Of a DNA stretch of 64,000 nucleotides, positions 20,194-30,393 are shown one piece after another. Location of the stretch: assembly GCA_023247445.1 (NCBI GenBank), contig JAHFGL010000004.1:72968-136967 (forward strand), read 5' to 3'. The stretch comes from Candidatus Omnitrophota bacterium. Its GTDB lineage: Bacteria > Omnitrophota > Gorgyraeia > Zapsychrales > Zapsychraceae. The stretch's first letter is position 1; each line of letters opens with the position of its first letter. Both the position numbers and the translations under genes were made by a program. A model generated the notes under the pieces. The model did not search any database and was not told the DNA's origin. It was given only the letters and a program-made list of their open reading frames with translations.

Positions 20194-20871
20194 ATGAACC
20201 TTACGGGAAGTTTTCTTGATTACTTTATTGTCTTTGGCAGTGGGGTGTTGGTCAGTTTTACGCCTTGTGTCTATCCTGTTATGCCTTTGACGGCCAGCTT
20301 TATTGGGGGCATTAATACAAAAGGAACAAAGCTTAACGGACTTTTTCTTTCCTTAATATATGTTTTTGGGATGGCGATTGTTTATTGTTCTTTTGCTGTC
20401 TTTGCCGCTTTGACTGGGAAGGTTTTCGGCCAAATCCAAAACAATCCGATTATTTACCTTATTGTCGCCAATGTTCTTATCCTTTCCGCCTTGGCGATGT
20501 TTGATATTATTCCGTTACCAACCCTTGGTTTTTCTACGCATCATAAAATTAAATCAAAAAATTTATGGGCGGTCGTTCTTTTTGGCATGGCCTCAGGACT
20601 TGTGGTTGGTCCTTGCACAGCCCCTGTTTTAGGGACATTACTTTTTTATGTGGCTTCTAAACAGAATATTTGGCATGGGATAAGCCTTTTGTTTGTTTTT
20701 TCCTATGGAGTGGGGGCTTCTCTAATACTATTAGGAACTTTTAGCGGGATGATTGCTAATTTACCGAAGTCTGGGCTGTGGCTTGTGCGGGTAAAGCAGT
20801 TTTGTGGGGTGATTTTATTAATAGCTGCTGAGTATTTTTTAATCAAATCGGGATCTTTGTGGTTATTTTAG
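20194..20871 (+). CDS. ccdA: Cytochrome c-type biogenesis / thiol-disulfide transporter CcdA (DsbD transmembrane domain family).
   Basis: Two conserved Cys in TM helices (FTPCVYPV and VVGPCTAP), six TM segments and a GGGGGG-type RBS. Confidence 0.8.
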   Translation: MNLTGSFLDYFIVFGSGVLVSFTPCVYPVMPLTASFIGGINTKGTKLNGLFLSLIYVFGMAIVYCSFAVFAALTGKVFGQIQNNPIIYLIVANVLILSALAMFDIIPLPTLGFSTHHKIKSKNLWAVVLFGMASGLVVGPCTAPVLGTLLFYVASKQNIWHGISLLFVFSYGVGASLILLGTFSGMIANLPKSGLWLVRVKQFCGVILLIAAEYFLIKSGSLWLF

Positions 20872-20915
20872 GGGTGTTAAAGAATTAAAAAAAATAATGT
20901 GATATTTTAAAAGAT

Positions 20916-20924
20916 TGGTATAAT
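20916..20924 (+). promoter_or_regulatory. Extended -10 promoter element (TGgTATAAT).
   Basis: TGGTATAAT lies about 100 nt upstream of the Met-rich protein gene. Confidence 0.35.
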
Positions 20925-21023
20925 TACCGTTAATCTAAATTGGCCTTAGAAAATAACGTCAACTAAACCAAGTTGGCCAAACAATTTACAATTTTAACAA
21001 GTATTAACGAAAGGACAGAACAA

Positions 21024-21320
21024 ATGAAAAAAGTCAGTATGTTAACCATCGCCCTAATGCTTATCTTAGGCACAACAACCTTTGTTAAAGCCGAGGGTGA
21101 TGAAAAGGCCGTTGCTGCCCAGGGAGCTTATACAGATGAAGGTTATGCTGTTGGGCAAGATGCCATGATGGATGCAGGGGCAGAGATGATGAATGGTACC
21201 GAAGAAAACATGATGGAAGGTATGGAAGAGAATATGAATGCCATGGAAGAAAACATGAATGCCATGATGGAAGATAACGCAGGAATGAATGACGGCATGA
21301 TGAAGGAAAGTGGTTATTAA
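21024..21320 (+). CDS. Secreted methionine-rich low-complexity protein, a putative periplasmic Cu(I)/metal-binding protein.
   Basis: ATG at 21024 with an AAGGACAG RBS. A signal peptide (MKKVSMLTIALMLILGTTTFVKA) is followed by MEENMNAM-type Met/Glu/Asn repeats (about 25% Met). Confidence 0.55.
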   Translation: MKKVSMLTIALMLILGTTTFVKAEGDEKAVAAQGAYTDEGYAVGQDAMMDAGAEMMNGTEENMMEGMEENMNAMEENMNAMMEDNAGMNDGMMKESGY

Positions 21321-21345
21321 TTTTCAAATTTAAGGAGCGAGGTAT

Positions 21346-21945
21346 ATGCGATTTAGAAAACAATTATTAAGCCTGGCAGCATCTTTCTTGGTTGTTGGGT
21401 TTTTAGCACAACCTCTCTTGGCTGCGGATAAATATGAGATTGATTCCGTCCATTCCAATATAGGCTTTTCTGTTAAACATTTAATGGTTAGTACAGTATT
21501 AGGCCATTTTAATGACTATACAGGGGCCATCGAGTTTGATAAGAGCGATGATGCTGCCTTTAAAGCTGATGTGACGATTCAAACTCAGAGTATTGACACC
21601 AACAATGAGAATCGAGATAAGCATCTTCGTAATGCGGATTTTTTTGATGCTGAGAAATATCCAACGATAACTTTCCAAAGCAAAAAACTTACGGCCGCAG
21701 GTGATGGTTATGAAATTGTAGGGGATCTTACGATGCATGGTGTAACAAAAGAGATCACCATCCCTGTAACTATTGCTGGGCCTGTTAAAGGTCCTTCAGG
21801 TGCTGACGTCATTGGTCTTTCAGGAACGACCACGATTAATCGACAAGATTTTGGTATTTCCTGGAATAAAGGTTTGGATAGTGGTGGACTTGTTGTTGAA
21901 GATAACGTTAAGCTTATTATTGATATAGAAGCACATAAAAAGTAG
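21346..21945 (+). CDS. YceI-family periplasmic polyisoprenoid-binding protein.
   Basis: A signal peptide plus YEIDSVHSNIGFSVKHLMVSTVLGHF, which is the YceI lipocalin-like signature. Confidence 0.8.
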   Translation: MRFRKQLLSLAASFLVVGFLAQPLLAADKYEIDSVHSNIGFSVKHLMVSTVLGHFNDYTGAIEFDKSDDAAFKADVTIQTQSIDTNNENRDKHLRNADFFDAEKYPTITFQSKKLTAAGDGYEIVGDLTMHGVTKEITIPVTIAGPVKGPSGADVIGLSGTTTINRQDFGISWNKGLDSGGLVVEDNVKLIIDIEAHKK

Positions 21946-21963
21946 TTTGATCTTTTATTGACT

Positions 21964-21998
21964 AAAGGCAGCCTTCAAAAGAGGCTGCCTTTTTTATT
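21964..21998 (+). terminator. Rho-independent terminator.
   Basis: GGCAGCCttcaaaagaGGCTGCC followed by TTTTTTATT, immediately after the YceI stop. Confidence 0.7.
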
Positions 21999-22479
21999 GA
22001 GCGCGAAAAGAAACTGGCGTAAGCTCGTGGATGAAGCGCCTCCGAGATTACAAAGATCGAGGACAAACGTAGCTTGTAATACAAGACGGTCAGAATGCCA
22101 CGTCCGTAATGGCGTGGAAATTTACTTTTAAACCCTTATTATAGAGAAATTTTGTAGTTTTCAGGTAGCGGTTTCTTTTATACAAGATGAAATTGCTTTA
22201 TCGACGACAATTAGATTAAAAAGTAGATTTATTGGTTTAATAAAAATCATGAAAATTCTTTAGATTTTATATTACGACAGAAAATAGATTGTATACTTAG
22301 GATGTAGATAAAATTTGAGGAAAATCCTAATTTTTAGGAGCCCTGTGAAGTTACAGGGGGGCAAACCTAGGGAAACCTAGGGACCCACGCGCCACGTAGG
22401 GCGCGTGGCCATGAAATTACGTTAAGTTCATGGGCAAAGCCAAAAGGATCCTTCGGGATGGCCAGGCTACCGAATCAAA

Positions 22480-25400
22480 ATGAATATTTTTAGATTAAAC
22501 TTAGATAAAAGTAAAAACAAATTACTAAGCCAGAATAGCTTTAGCCGTGCTATCCTGGCATCTTTTTTGGTGACGAAGATTAGAAGAAACATTTTCTTAC
22601 TGTTTTACTTCTTATCCTTGACCCATGGGGCTTTAGCTTTGCCTATTGAGCCTTTGGAAGATAAGACTGTGAGCTGCCAGGCGAATCAACAGCCGTTTTA
22701 TGGACAATGTATGGATACGCTCAAAATTTTTGGCCAGCGTAGTATTAAAGAAATTGTTCCTGATTTAACAACGGGCCGCTCGCAAGGGACGCATGGCCCA
22801 GGAGTCCTTGTTGATCGAAGAAAACGCCCTAATATATTTTATGTTTTTGATACAGGGAATAATCGTGTTTTAGGGTTTCGTTCTTTAGGACAATGTGCCT
22901 TAAGCCAGCAATATTGTACGAATAATACCGACTGTCCACAGAGTGGTGATCAATGTCTTCTTGATCTTAGGGAAGCTGATCTAGTTTTTGGTCAACCAGA
23001 TAGGAGATCTTCAAGCTGTAATGGCGACAGTAATTTAGGGTATTTTAAAAAGCCGTCAAAAGAAAGTTTGTGTTTGATGGATATTCCAACTAATACCAAT
23101 TTTGCTGAACAGTGGACGCATATTAATTTTGATGTTGATCAAAAGGGTAATCTCTATATTCCAGATGTCTATAATAACCGTGTGTTACGTTACAATGAAC
23201 CTTTTTGCCAGGGAAGTAGTTGTCCTTCGGGTGCTGGAGATACGATAGCTGATATGGTTTGGGGACAAAACGACTTTAATTTTAATGAACGTAATCGACC
23301 AGTTTCTCTGACAACATTAGAATTGTCACAGCGATTAGGATCTTCACGCGGAGTGTCTATTGATCTTGCCGGAAACCTTTGGATCGCGGATATCCATAAT
23401 CATCGCGTTCTGCGGTTTGCTTTTAATTCAAAAGAACCAAATTTAGTTATAGGACAAAAGGATTTTTATTCCAGGTCATCAGAATGCCGTTTAGACAATT
23501 TAACGCTAGATAAACTTTGTCGTCCTACATTAGCTAAAATAAATCCGAATGATAATCGTTTGTATGTTATTGATGAAATTGATTTTGAAGGATTCCGCGC
23601 TCGAATCCTTGTTTATGATCCGCCTTTTACGACGGGAAAACCAGCATCTCGTGTTATTGTTCCCGAGGATCCTTCCTCTGAAAGTTATTTTACAGCTAGC
23701 ACATTAATGTTTAATACATTTTATAAAGAGGGAAGCTGTCAAGCAGTGGAAATGATTGTCAGCGAACACTCAAGAGTTGATGGCCCACAAAAGACGTTAA
23801 TGCTTAATAAAGATGGAGAATTTATCAATTATTTCGGATTGCAAAGTTCATGGCCGTCAGGAAATATGGGGTTAGATAATGATAAAAATGTGTATGTTAA
23901 TTTGGAAACAGATTTAATGAATACGGTATGGCGTTATTATTTAGATGGAAGTGAAGGATCTTGTAAAACTAATCTGCTGGATAACTTTTTTGGAAATAAT
24001 GAAAAAAGCCAGCGAACAATTCATGGCTCTATAGGAATCGCTATTCATGAAGGGAATTTAATTGTTAATGATAAAAAGAGGACGTTAGTTTGGGAAAATT
24101 ATAAAAACAAAATGGATTTTGGGAGTCCCGCGGATCAAGTTGTTGCCACTCAATCAACGGGTCGTGCTCATTTTGCTATTGATGATCAAAATAGATTTTG
24201 GACAACCAATGAAACGGGACAATTAGCGGTGTATCAACTTCCTTTAACAAAGGATAGTGTTCCTTTAAATGCAGATGTTAAGCTTAGAGATTTTTATACT
24301 ACTTCCGGCCCTACTTTTTATAAGGATCCGATAGATTCTACTAAAAATGCTCTTTTTATTCCTGTTGGACGGAGAATATATCGTATACGAGATTATAATA
24401 ATTTTCAGGACAGACTTCTTGAGGATGTTTATTTTGGTGGGGATCCTAGACAAGATGGGTGCAGCACGCTACACCCAATGTTCTTATGTAATCCACTCTC
24501 AGTTGAATTTGATAAGTTGGGAAATATGTATGTCCTTGATAGTAATTATGAATGTCATGGAAATAATAGTATTGTGGTCTATCCTAATTCGCAAGTTAGG
24601 GGTCCTATAGGTCCTATGGAAGCTCATAAAATTTTTATCAGAGATTCTTTTTATAAACCCAAAAGTTGTGATAGGGCTCCGCAGGGAATATCCGTTCCTG
24701 TGGCCATTGCTTTTAATGATAAGAATAATATGGTTGTTGGCAGAGATGGTTATGGCAATGATCAATTTGGCAAAAGACCAGAAGTTCGTCCTTTGGAACA
24801 ACTCGCCTTTTATAAAAATCCTTTAGAACAATACGCGGATGGCAGTTATGTCATGGGTCAAAATCCAGACGCGTTTATACGCTATCCAATGGGGGCTTCA
24901 GGGAGCATGGTCTTTAACGACAATGGACATCTTGTCATCCAGGATCATACTTGGAGCAGGGTCTCTGTGATTGATATCTTTGAGAAAGGTAGCGCGGGAA
25001 AGTACAAGTGGTTAATTCCCGTTAAACGAGATGATGATGGCGACGGCATCATTAATTTTGATGATAATTGTCCGTATATTGCCAATAATAACCAAAGCGA
25101 TGTTGATATAGATGGTAAAGGCGATGTCTGTGATAACGTCTTTGTTCCAGTCAAAAGCCAATATGATACAACTTTTAGAACATTCGTAAGATTTAGGTTA
25201 AATGTCATTAATCCCGACTTCCCGCATAGTTTATTTTTTAAAAAATCTGGAGATGAATATGGTACTTTAGATGAAAAAACAGGAATGTTTCAACTGGTTT
25301 TTGGTGATAATCCCCCCACGCAAAAAATTTTTAACTTTCGGTTTGAGATTACTGATGGACATCAGTTAAATGTTTCTCAAAATGTAACAGTTAACTATCA

Positions 25401-26772
25401 TTCAACATTGCCTTATTTTAATGTAATACAAAATTCAGACGCTATCGTTGGGCAGGCACATACTTTAAAGGTCGGAACCAACCGACAAAATGCTTTTTTA
25501 TCTCCTAAGGACGAGGATCTTTTGCCAGGGGCTACGAGAATTGTCGATCCCACTGAGATGACCATCAATTGGATCCCTACAAGTGTTCCTGCGGTTAACC
25601 CAATTGTTATGTTTAGAGTACTTAGTGAGAGCAAAGAGACAATAGAGTTCCCTGTTGAAATTAAATTTGCCAGGCCCCAATTAAGTAATTTGGAATATTC
25701 ATATCACGCGGTTTTAGACAGAAAGCTTCATATCCCATTATATGTTATTAATCGAGATGTGAATTATCCGGTTACGTTTTCAATGGAGGGAGCCCCACAA
25801 GGCGCAACGCTTAACGCACAGACGGGTGTCTTTGAGTTTACGCCCACATGGCAGGATTTAGGTAAAGAATATGTAATAACCTTTAATGCTAAAGATAATC
25901 ATAAAATTAATGATTATAAATTCTCTGTTATCAGAGTTGATTATGATATGCCTCCTCAAATGCAACTTACAGGAAGCACAACAGCTATTGTCTCGCAGCC
26001 TATGCAGTTTACGGTTCATATTTATGATTCAGATAATCTGGAAGATTTAAAGATTTTAGCTCCAACAGCGGAGAATCTGCCACCGGGAGCAACATTGACA
26101 ATAGTCAAATCAAGTGATCATTATCGTATGGTTGTGGATTGGACTCCAAGAGAATATTCTACGAATACTTTTGAGATTCCTTTTCGTGCCAATGACGGGC
26201 ATATGGACGTAGAAAAAATAGTTAAGGTTCGATTTGCCGCCGCGCCTAAAATTACTCCGATTGAAACTAGGGAATATGTACTCGGCAACATTAAGAAAAT
26301 TCCATTTATAGCTAGGGATGTTAATGATGATATAACAGAATTTTCAGTTGAGGCTTTTAATCCGCAAAGTAATTTAAGTCTTACATTAACTGACGTTATA
26401 CAGCCTATTAACAATCTAATTTTTACTCATGAATTCAAATGGAAACCGCCCAGTGGAGGTTTGTGGAAGATAATCATTACAGCTAAAGATAAAACAAACC
26501 TAACAACTAAGTCAGAGTTTTATCTTCAACAAACAGGCTGTTTTATCGCAACAGCCGCTTATGGATCAGCGATGGTTAACGAGGTGGGGGTTTTGCGCAA
26601 TTTGCGTGATGACGTGCTATTAAAATTCAAAGCAGGCAGGAATTTTGTAAGTTGGTATTATCAAACAAGTCCTCCGGTTGCTGAAGAATTAGCTAAACAT
26701 CAAAAGCTTCGCTTAGTTATTCGGGCGACTTTAATGCCGCTAATTAAGGTAAGCTTGTGGTTACAAAATTAA
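22480..26772 (+). CDS. Giant surface/extracellular protein with NHL repeats, thrombospondin type-3 Ca-binding repeats, Ig/cadherin-like domains and a conserved C-terminal anchoring-type motif.
   Basis: 1430 aa. NHL-like propeller blades (NNRVLRY, HNHRVLRF). A TSP3 repeat (DDDGDGIINFDDNCPYIANNNQSDVDIDGKGDVCDN). Repeated roughly 100-aa beta-rich modules. The C-terminal TGCFIATAAYGS...LRNLRDDVL... motif plus a hydrophobic tail suggests a C-terminal sorting/anchor domain. Confidence 0.7.
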   Translation: MNIFRLNLDKSKNKLLSQNSFSRAILASFLVTKIRRNIFLLFYFLSLTHGALALPIEPLEDKTVSCQANQQPFYGQCMDTLKIFGQRSIKEIVPDLTTGRSQGTHGPGVLVDRRKRPNIFYVFDTGNNRVLGFRSLGQCALSQQYCTNNTDCPQSGDQCLLDLREADLVFGQPDRRSSSCNGDSNLGYFKKPSKESLCLMDIPTNTNFAEQWTHINFDVDQKGNLYIPDVYNNRVLRYNEPFCQGSSCPSGAGDTIADMVWGQNDFNFNERNRPVSLTTLELSQRLGSSRGVSIDLAGNLWIADIHNHRVLRFAFNSKEPNLVIGQKDFYSRSSECRLDNLTLDKLCRPTLAKINPNDNRLYVIDEIDFEGFRARILVYDPPFTTGKPASRVIVPEDPSSESYFTASTLMFNTFYKEGSCQAVEMIVSEHSRVDGPQKTLMLNKDGEFINYFGLQSSWPSGNMGLDNDKNVYVNLETDLMNTVWRYYLDGSEGSCKTNLLDNFFGNNEKSQRTIHGSIGIAIHEGNLIVNDKKRTLVWENYKNKMDFGSPADQVVATQSTGRAHFAIDDQNRFWTTNETGQLAVYQLPLTKDSVPLNADVKLRDFYTTSGPTFYKDPIDSTKNALFIPVGRRIYRIRDYNNFQDRLLEDVYFGGDPRQDGCSTLHPMFLCNPLSVEFDKLGNMYVLDSNYECHGNNSIVVYPNSQVRGPIGPMEAHKIFIRDSFYKPKSCDRAPQGISVPVAIAFNDKNNMVVGRDGYGNDQFGKRPEVRPLEQLAFYKNPLEQYADGSYVMGQNPDAFIRYPMGASGSMVFNDNGHLVIQDHTWSRVSVIDIFEKGSAGKYKWLIPVKRDDDGDGIINFDDNCPYIANNNQSDVDIDGKGDVCDNVFVPVKSQYDTTFRTFVRFRLNVINPDFPHSLFFKKSGDEYGTLDEKTGMFQLVFGDNPPTQKIFNFRFEITDGHQLNVSQNVTVNYHSTLPYFNVIQNSDAIVGQAHTLKVGTNRQNAFLSPKDEDLLPGATRIVDPTEMTINWIPTSVPAVNPIVMFRVLSESKETIEFPVEIKFARPQLSNLEYSYHAVLDRKLHIPLYVINRDVNYPVTFSMEGAPQGATLNAQTGVFEFTPTWQDLGKEYVITFNAKDNHKINDYKFSVIRVDYDMPPQMQLTGSTTAIVSQPMQFTVHIYDSDNLEDLKILAPTAENLPPGATLTIVKSSDHYRMVVDWTPREYSTNTFEIPFRANDGHMDVEKIVKVRFAAAPKITPIETREYVLGNIKKIPFIARDVNDDITEFSVEAFNPQSNLSLTLTDVIQPINNLIFTHEFKWKPPSGGLWKIIITAKDKTNLTTKSEFYLQQTGCFIATAAYGSAMVNEVGVLRNLRDDVLLKFKAGRNFVSWYYQTSPPVAEELAKHQKLRLVIRATLMPLIKVSLWLQN

Positions 26773-26980
26773 CAATAAATATTTATTACTCCCCGAAGGG
26801 ACAGAATGCCACGGGCTTGCCCGTGGATGAATGTTGAGAAGCCGATATAATAGAATGAGCGGGATGGAAAATTGATTTTATGGTCATGGAGTATATCGGA
26901 CGCAATATTATATCGTTTGGACAGCAAAATATCGGTGACCAATCCTGAATCCTGGGATAGTAAGTTATTGAGAATATCTT

Positions 26981-27604
26981 ATGATGTTATCAAAACGATT
27001 TAGCAAAGTCATTATTCCACTAGTTGCGTTCTTTTTATTGTTCCCGTGCGTTATCTTTGCCCAGCAGAAATACACAGTTGATCCTACCCAGTCGACCATT
27101 GAAGGTTCCATTAAATATACCTTGATTGGAAGATATAAGGCTCATTTCGAAGAATTCACCGGAGGTATTCATTTTGATCCCCAGAATCTTACGAAGACTT
27201 CGGTTGTCTTAAAGGTTAAAACAAAAAGCATTAAATCAAGATTTCCTAAGCTGGATCGTATGGTTCTTTCTCCACGGTTACTTAATGCCCATGAATTTCC
27301 AGAAATGATATTTGAAAGCAAGTCGATTGAAGAAAGAAATGGGAAATATTATGTTACGGGAATTTTTAATTTACGCGGGATTAAAAAAGAGATGACGTTG
27401 CCTTTTTCTATTGAAGGACCATTTATTGATAAAAAGGGGCGGGGATATTTGATCGCCAGCGGTAAATGGTTAATTAATCGTAAAGCCTTTAATTTTGTTT
27501 GGAATAAGTTTCTTGATAAGGGAGGGATTATTGTTGGCAATACGATTACCCTTGACTGGAAAATGATGGCTTTTAGAGAGAATCCTGGGCCAAAGAAGAA
27601 GTAA
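26981..27604 (+). CDS. YceI-family protein, second paralog.
   Basis: Signal peptide plus VDPTQSTIEGSIKYTLIGRYKAHFEEFTGGIHFDP, the YceI signature. Confidence 0.75.
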   Translation: MMLSKRFSKVIIPLVAFFLLFPCVIFAQQKYTVDPTQSTIEGSIKYTLIGRYKAHFEEFTGGIHFDPQNLTKTSVVLKVKTKSIKSRFPKLDRMVLSPRLLNAHEFPEMIFESKSIEERNGKYYVTGIFNLRGIKKEMTLPFSIEGPFIDKKGRGYLIASGKWLINRKAFNFVWNKFLDKGGIIVGNTITLDWKMMAFRENPGPKKK

Positions 27605-28477
27605 CTATATCCGCACTTCTTTTAGAACAGACTTGCAGGGTTCAAGTTTATTAAGGCAGTAGAAGTGAAGACCTGGCGCCCCGCCTTTTAGAAGATCACG
27701 ACATTGCTTAATCGCAAATTCTGTTCCAGCTTTAACCACGGCTTCTTTGTCATTTTGGATGGGTTCAAAGATTCTTTTTATTTCTTCAGTGATCGTTGTT
27801 CCGCAAAGACTGGTAAAGCGTAGTAGAGCCTGGTAATCGGTGATAGGAAGAACTCCAGGGATGACAGGATTTGTAACGCCGAGACTGCGTAGGCGTTTAA
27901 CATAGTCAAAGTAATCTTGGTTGTTAAAGAAAAGCTGGGTGATAACAAAATCGGCACCGTTATCAACTTTTATTTTTAGATACTCCGCGTCTTTACTACG
28001 ATCTTTACATAAGACATGTCCTTCAGGAAAACCCGCGACACCAATTCCAAAATAATCTTTAAAATTTAGACGAATAAAAGCGCAGAGTTCGCTGCTATAT
28101 TTAAAATTATCATTGGTTGGTTGCCAATTAGGATCGCTTTGAGGTGGATCACCGCGTAAGGCCAGGACATTTTGTATCCCGCGCGATTTTATATCTTCCA
28201 ATATTCTTTTCATATCATCTTTGGTGTTTAAAACACAGGTCAAGTGAGCTAAGCCCACCGTATGATTTTTATTTTGGATATGCTCAACGATATCAAAGGT
28301 TTTGTCGCGACTGCCGCCACCGGCGCCATAAGTGCAGGAGATAAAGTCAGGCTTTAACTTACAGAGTTCATCAATGGTCACAAGAATATTTTGATAACCC
28401 TGGTCTGTCTTTGGAGGGAAAAGTTCAAACGAATAGGATCGCTGTTTGGTCTTAAAAATATCTGCTATTTTTTTCAT
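27605..28477 (-). CDS. metF: 5,10-methylenetetrahydrofolate reductase.
   Basis: SFELFPPKT...TYGAGGGSRDKT are the hallmark MetF motifs. It functionally partners with metH in this window. Confidence 0.9.
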   Translation of the reverse strand: MKKIADIFKTKQRSYSFELFPPKTDQGYQNILVTIDELCKLKPDFISCTYGAGGGSRDKTFDIVEHIQNKNHTVGLAHLTCVLNTKDDMKRILEDIKSRGIQNVLALRGDPPQSDPNWQPTNDNFKYSSELCAFIRLNFKDYFGIGVAGFPEGHVLCKDRSKDAEYLKIKVDNGADFVITQLFFNNQDYFDYVKRLRSLGVTNPVIPGVLPITDYQALLRFTSLCGTTITEEIKRIFEPIQNDKEAVVKAGTEFAIKQCRDLLKGGAPGLHFYCLNKLEPCKSVLKEVRI

Positions 28478-28566
28478 TTTTTTCCTTAATTTGGTAATAT
28501 AAACTATTCAATAATATAGAAAGTAATGTCAAATTAATCAAATAATTTTATTGTAATATCTACCTT

Positions 28567-29625
28567 ATGAAAATCGCCTTAATCACCGGATCATTAGGCT
28601 TGATCGGATCAGAATCGGCAGAATTCTTTGCTGACCAAGGATTTAAAATTGTGGGCATCGACAATGATATGCGCCGCTATTTCTTTGGCAAAGAAGCGTC
28701 AACGGCTTGGAATAAGAAACGGCTTAAAAATAACATCAAAGATTACATCCACAACGATATTGATATCCGCAACATTGCGCAACTAGAAAGAGTTTTTAAG
28801 AAATATACCAAAGATATTAGCGTGGTGATTCATACGGCTGCTCAACCTTCTCACGATTGGGCCGCCAAGGAGCCACAGACCGATTTCACGATTAATGCCA
28901 ACGGCACGCTTAATTTATTGGAATTAACTAGGCAGCATTGCCCCAAAGCCGTTTTTATTTTCACCAGCACAAATAAAGTTTATGGCGATCGACCCAATAC
29001 GTTGCCCTTGGTTGAACAAAAACAGCGGTGGGATATTTCCAGTCGACATCCTTTTTATAACGGCATTGATGAATCGATGAGTATCGATAACTCGAAACAT
29101 TCTCTTTTTGGCGCTTCTAAAGTTGCCGCGGACATTCTTGTCCAAGAGTATGGACGATATTTTGGAATGAACACGGTTTCATTTCGAGGTGGATGTTTGA
29201 CGGGCCCACATCATTCACCGGCTGTCCTACATGGCTTTTTAGCTTATTTGATGAAATGTTGTTTGACCAAAACCCCATACACGATCTTTGGTTATAAAGG
29301 AAAGCAGGTTAGGGACAATATTCACAGCCATGATTTGGTTACAGCATTTTATGCTTTCTATAAGAATCCGCGAAAAGGGGAAGTTTATAATATCGGTGGT
29401 GGCCGGGAAAATAGCTGTTCAATTATCGAGGCCATCAGTTTGTGTCAGAAAATTTCTGGCAATAAATTAAATTATCGCGTTGTAGAAAAGAATAGAATTG
29501 GTGATCACATATGGTATATTACTGCTCTTAAAAAATTCAAAAGCCATTATCCAGCGTGGCGGTTGAAATATGATTTAGAAGAGACTTTAGGCCAAATTTA
29601 TAACAACCTTATTAAACGAGCTTAA
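28567..29625 (+). CDS. NAD-dependent nucleotide-sugar epimerase/dehydratase (extended SDR).
   Basis: N-terminal Rossmann [10 protein letters not shown] and the catalytic YxxxK ([11 protein letters not shown]). Overall similar to the CDP-paratose 2-epimerase/UDP-sugar epimerase class. Confidence 0.7.
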   Translation: MKIALITGSLGLIGSESAEFFADQGFKIVGIDNDMRRYFFGKEASTAWNKKRLKNNIKDYIHNDIDIRNIAQLERVFKKYTKDISVVIHTAAQPSHDWAAKEPQTDFTINANGTLNLLELTRQHCPKAVFIFTSTNKVYGDRPNTLPLVEQKQRWDISSRHPFYNGIDESMSIDNSKHSLFGASKVAADILVQEYGRYFGMNTVSFRGGCLTGPHHSPAVLHGFLAYLMKCCLTKTPYTIFGYKGKQVRDNIHSHDLVTAFYAFYKNPRKGEVYNIGGGRENSCSIIEAISLCQKISGNKLNYRVVEKNRIGDHIWYITALKKFKSHYPAWRLKYDLEETLGQIYNNLIKRA

Positions 29626-29628
29626 TTT

Positions 29629-30393
29629 ATGATTAATGGTAAGAAAATTATTGTTGTTCTTCCTGCCTATAATGCTGAGAAGACGCTAGAAAAAACTTAC
29701 GAAGAGATCCCCAAAGGTGTGGTTGATGAGGTTATTTTAGTTGATGATTCCTCCAAAGATCAGACCGCCCAAGTTGCTAAGAAAATTGGCATTCACACTG
29801 TTGTTCATCAAAAGAATTTAGGGTATGGAGGGAATCAAAAGACCTGTTACACAGAAGCGCTTAAGCGCGGGGCTGATATTGTGGTTATGCTTCACCCCGA
29901 TTATCAATATCCTCCTAAACTGGTGACCCCCATGGCGGCTTTAATTGCGGAAGGAATGTTTGATGTTGTTTTGGGTTCTAGGATTTTAGGTGGTTACTCA
30001 TTAAAAGGTGGTATGCCATTCTATAAATATGTAGCGAATCGTTTTTTAACTGCGTTTGAGAATATTCTTACCGGGCAGAAATTATCAGAATATCATACGG
30101 GGTACCGGGCGTTTTCAAGAGATGTGCTGCTTTCCATTCCTCTTTTAGAGAATTCAGATGATTTTATTTTTGATAACGAGATCCTAACCCAAATCTTTTA
30201 TTTTAATTATCGCGTTGGGGAAGTTACGTCGCCATGCAATTACAATAAAGATTGTTCTTCAATTAATTTTAAACGAAGCTCGATTTATGGATTGGGCGTT
30301 CTTTCTAACAGCGTAAAATATTTTCTGCAAAAAAGAAGGTTGAAGAGCTATCCTCTTTACGACGATAGAAATGGACGTAAGATCGTTATTTAA
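29629..30393 (+). CDS. GT2 glycosyltransferase, a polyprenyl-phosphate sugar synthase (DPM1/GtrB/ArnC-like).
   Basis: [13 protein letters not shown]...[11 protein letters not shown] and a DxD-type region. The 254-aa size is typical of GtrB-like enzymes. Confidence 0.8.
   Translation: MINGKKIIVVLPAYNAEKTLEKTYEEIPKGVVDEVILVDDSSKDQTAQVAKKIGIHTVVHQKNLGYGGNQKTCYTEALKRGADIVVMLHPDYQYPPKLVTPMAALIAEGMFDVVLGSRILGGYSLKGGMPFYKYVANRFLTAFENILTGQKLSEYHTGYRAFSRDVLLSIPLLENSDDFIFDNEILTQIFYFNYRVGEVTSPCNYNKDCSSINFKRSSIYGLGVLSNSVKYFLQKRRLKSYPLYDDRNGRKIVI

Noticed and set aside
21085-21363. A 92-aa minus-strand ORF antisense to the Met-rich protein gene.
   Set aside because: It is a mirror-image artefact of the repetitive GAA/ATG-rich coding repeat. 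The sense ORF has a signal peptide and RBS, and this one does not.
22330-22360. The tandem AACCTAGGGA AACCTAGGGA repeat, considered as a possible CRISPR or minisatellite.
   Set aside because: There are only two copies of a 10-mer, with no spacers and no cas genes. It is more likely part of the structured leader described in the findings.
28144-28344. A plus-strand 66-aa ORF inside metF.
   Set aside because: It is antisense to a well-supported MetF gene and its translation is Arg/Cys-rich nonsense.
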